A stretch of 13,536 bases of DNA from a virus (Duplodnaviria > Heunggongvirae > Uroviricota > Caudoviricetes). This document shows positions 13,163 through 13,536 of this stretch, piece after piece (the stretch's first letter is position 1; each line of letters opens with the position of its first letter). The position numbers and the translations under genes are program-made. The stretch covers positions 1 to 13,536 of IMG/VR virus record IMGVR_UViG_2671180571_000005, one strand, 5' to 3'. The notes below the pieces were generated by a model. The model was not told the DNA's origin, searched no databases, and saw only the letters and a list, made by a program, of their open reading frames with translations.

Positions 13163-13536
13163 AATTTTACAAATTTTCTGAGTTGGTGAATCGCATTTTG
13201 TCCAACAACCACAGCCATCGTCGCGATATGGATGTAACAATCGTTGTTCATTCGCCTGGCAGCATTGGTTCAACACCTTCAGTTGAGGTTCAGTCAATTC
13301 ACGCTGGTTTTGATTGGGATTCCGGGAAAGTGCTTATTTTCCCATCACAGCCACTGACCACGCTAACACCAGAACAGATTACTGATATCACTGATAGTGT
13401 GCGCAAAGGTCAGTCTTGGCACGCATATCAGGAATATAAAAATCATAAAGAGCAGTTGGAAAAATTGTCGATTGAGTTGGAATCAGCCAAAAATCACATA
13501 GCAGAACTGGAAGCCAAACCTGTAAGCCAAACTTAC
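13159..13536 (+). CDS. Hypothetical protein, 3'-truncated by the window end
   Basis: ATG at 13159 overlaps the previous stop (ATGA); open to the last base of the window (126 codons, no stop). Not in the track because incomplete. The last part looks coiled-coil-like (EQLEKLSIELESAKNHIAELEAK). Confidence 0.5.
   Translation, partial: MKFYKFSELVNRILSNNHSHRRDMDVTIVVHSPGSIGSTPSVEVQSIHAGFDWDSGKVLIFPSQPLTTLTPEQITDITDSVRKGQSWHAYQEYKNHKEQLEKLSIELESAKNHIAELEAKPVSQTY

Noticed and set aside
1-13536. CRISPR arrays, insertion sequences, integrase and attachment sites
   Set aside because: No regularly spaced direct repeats, no transposase- or integrase-like ORF, and no terminal inverted repeats were seen; consistent with a non-integrating linear plasmid prophage.

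Overview
This window looks like the telN / immA / repA / immB backbone of an N15-like linear plasmid-prophage (phage-plasmid) from an enterobacterium. On the + strand it carries a protelomerase gene (telN, 128-2011). A long minus-strand block follows: a translationally coupled icd-like / 77-aa / Bro-N antirepressor operon (2183-3347) preceded by a structured antisense-RNA control region of the P1 C4 / P4 CI / N15 cA type (about 3370-3600); an AT-rich lipoprotein gene (3728-4540); three small hypothetical genes; the 1331-aa primase-helicase RepA (5543-9538); and a CI-like repressor (9784-10380). A divergent + strand operon then runs cro, a Q-like gene, two small ORFs, a DEDDh 3'-5' exonuclease, an HTH protein, a small membrane protein and a truncated ORF at the window end. 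I saw no rRNA, tRNA, CRISPR array, integrase or transposase. Identification rests on my recognition of the TelN protein and the N15-like gene order; no database search or folding program was run. I do not see convincing evidence of a wholly new multi-gene system. The most interesting pieces not explained by the ORF track are the antisense-RNA immunity region, a + strand terminator with a long inverted repeat in the repA leader, the AT-rich lipoprotein moron, a candidate intragenic origin in repA, and the post-Q exonuclease/HTH/membrane operon.
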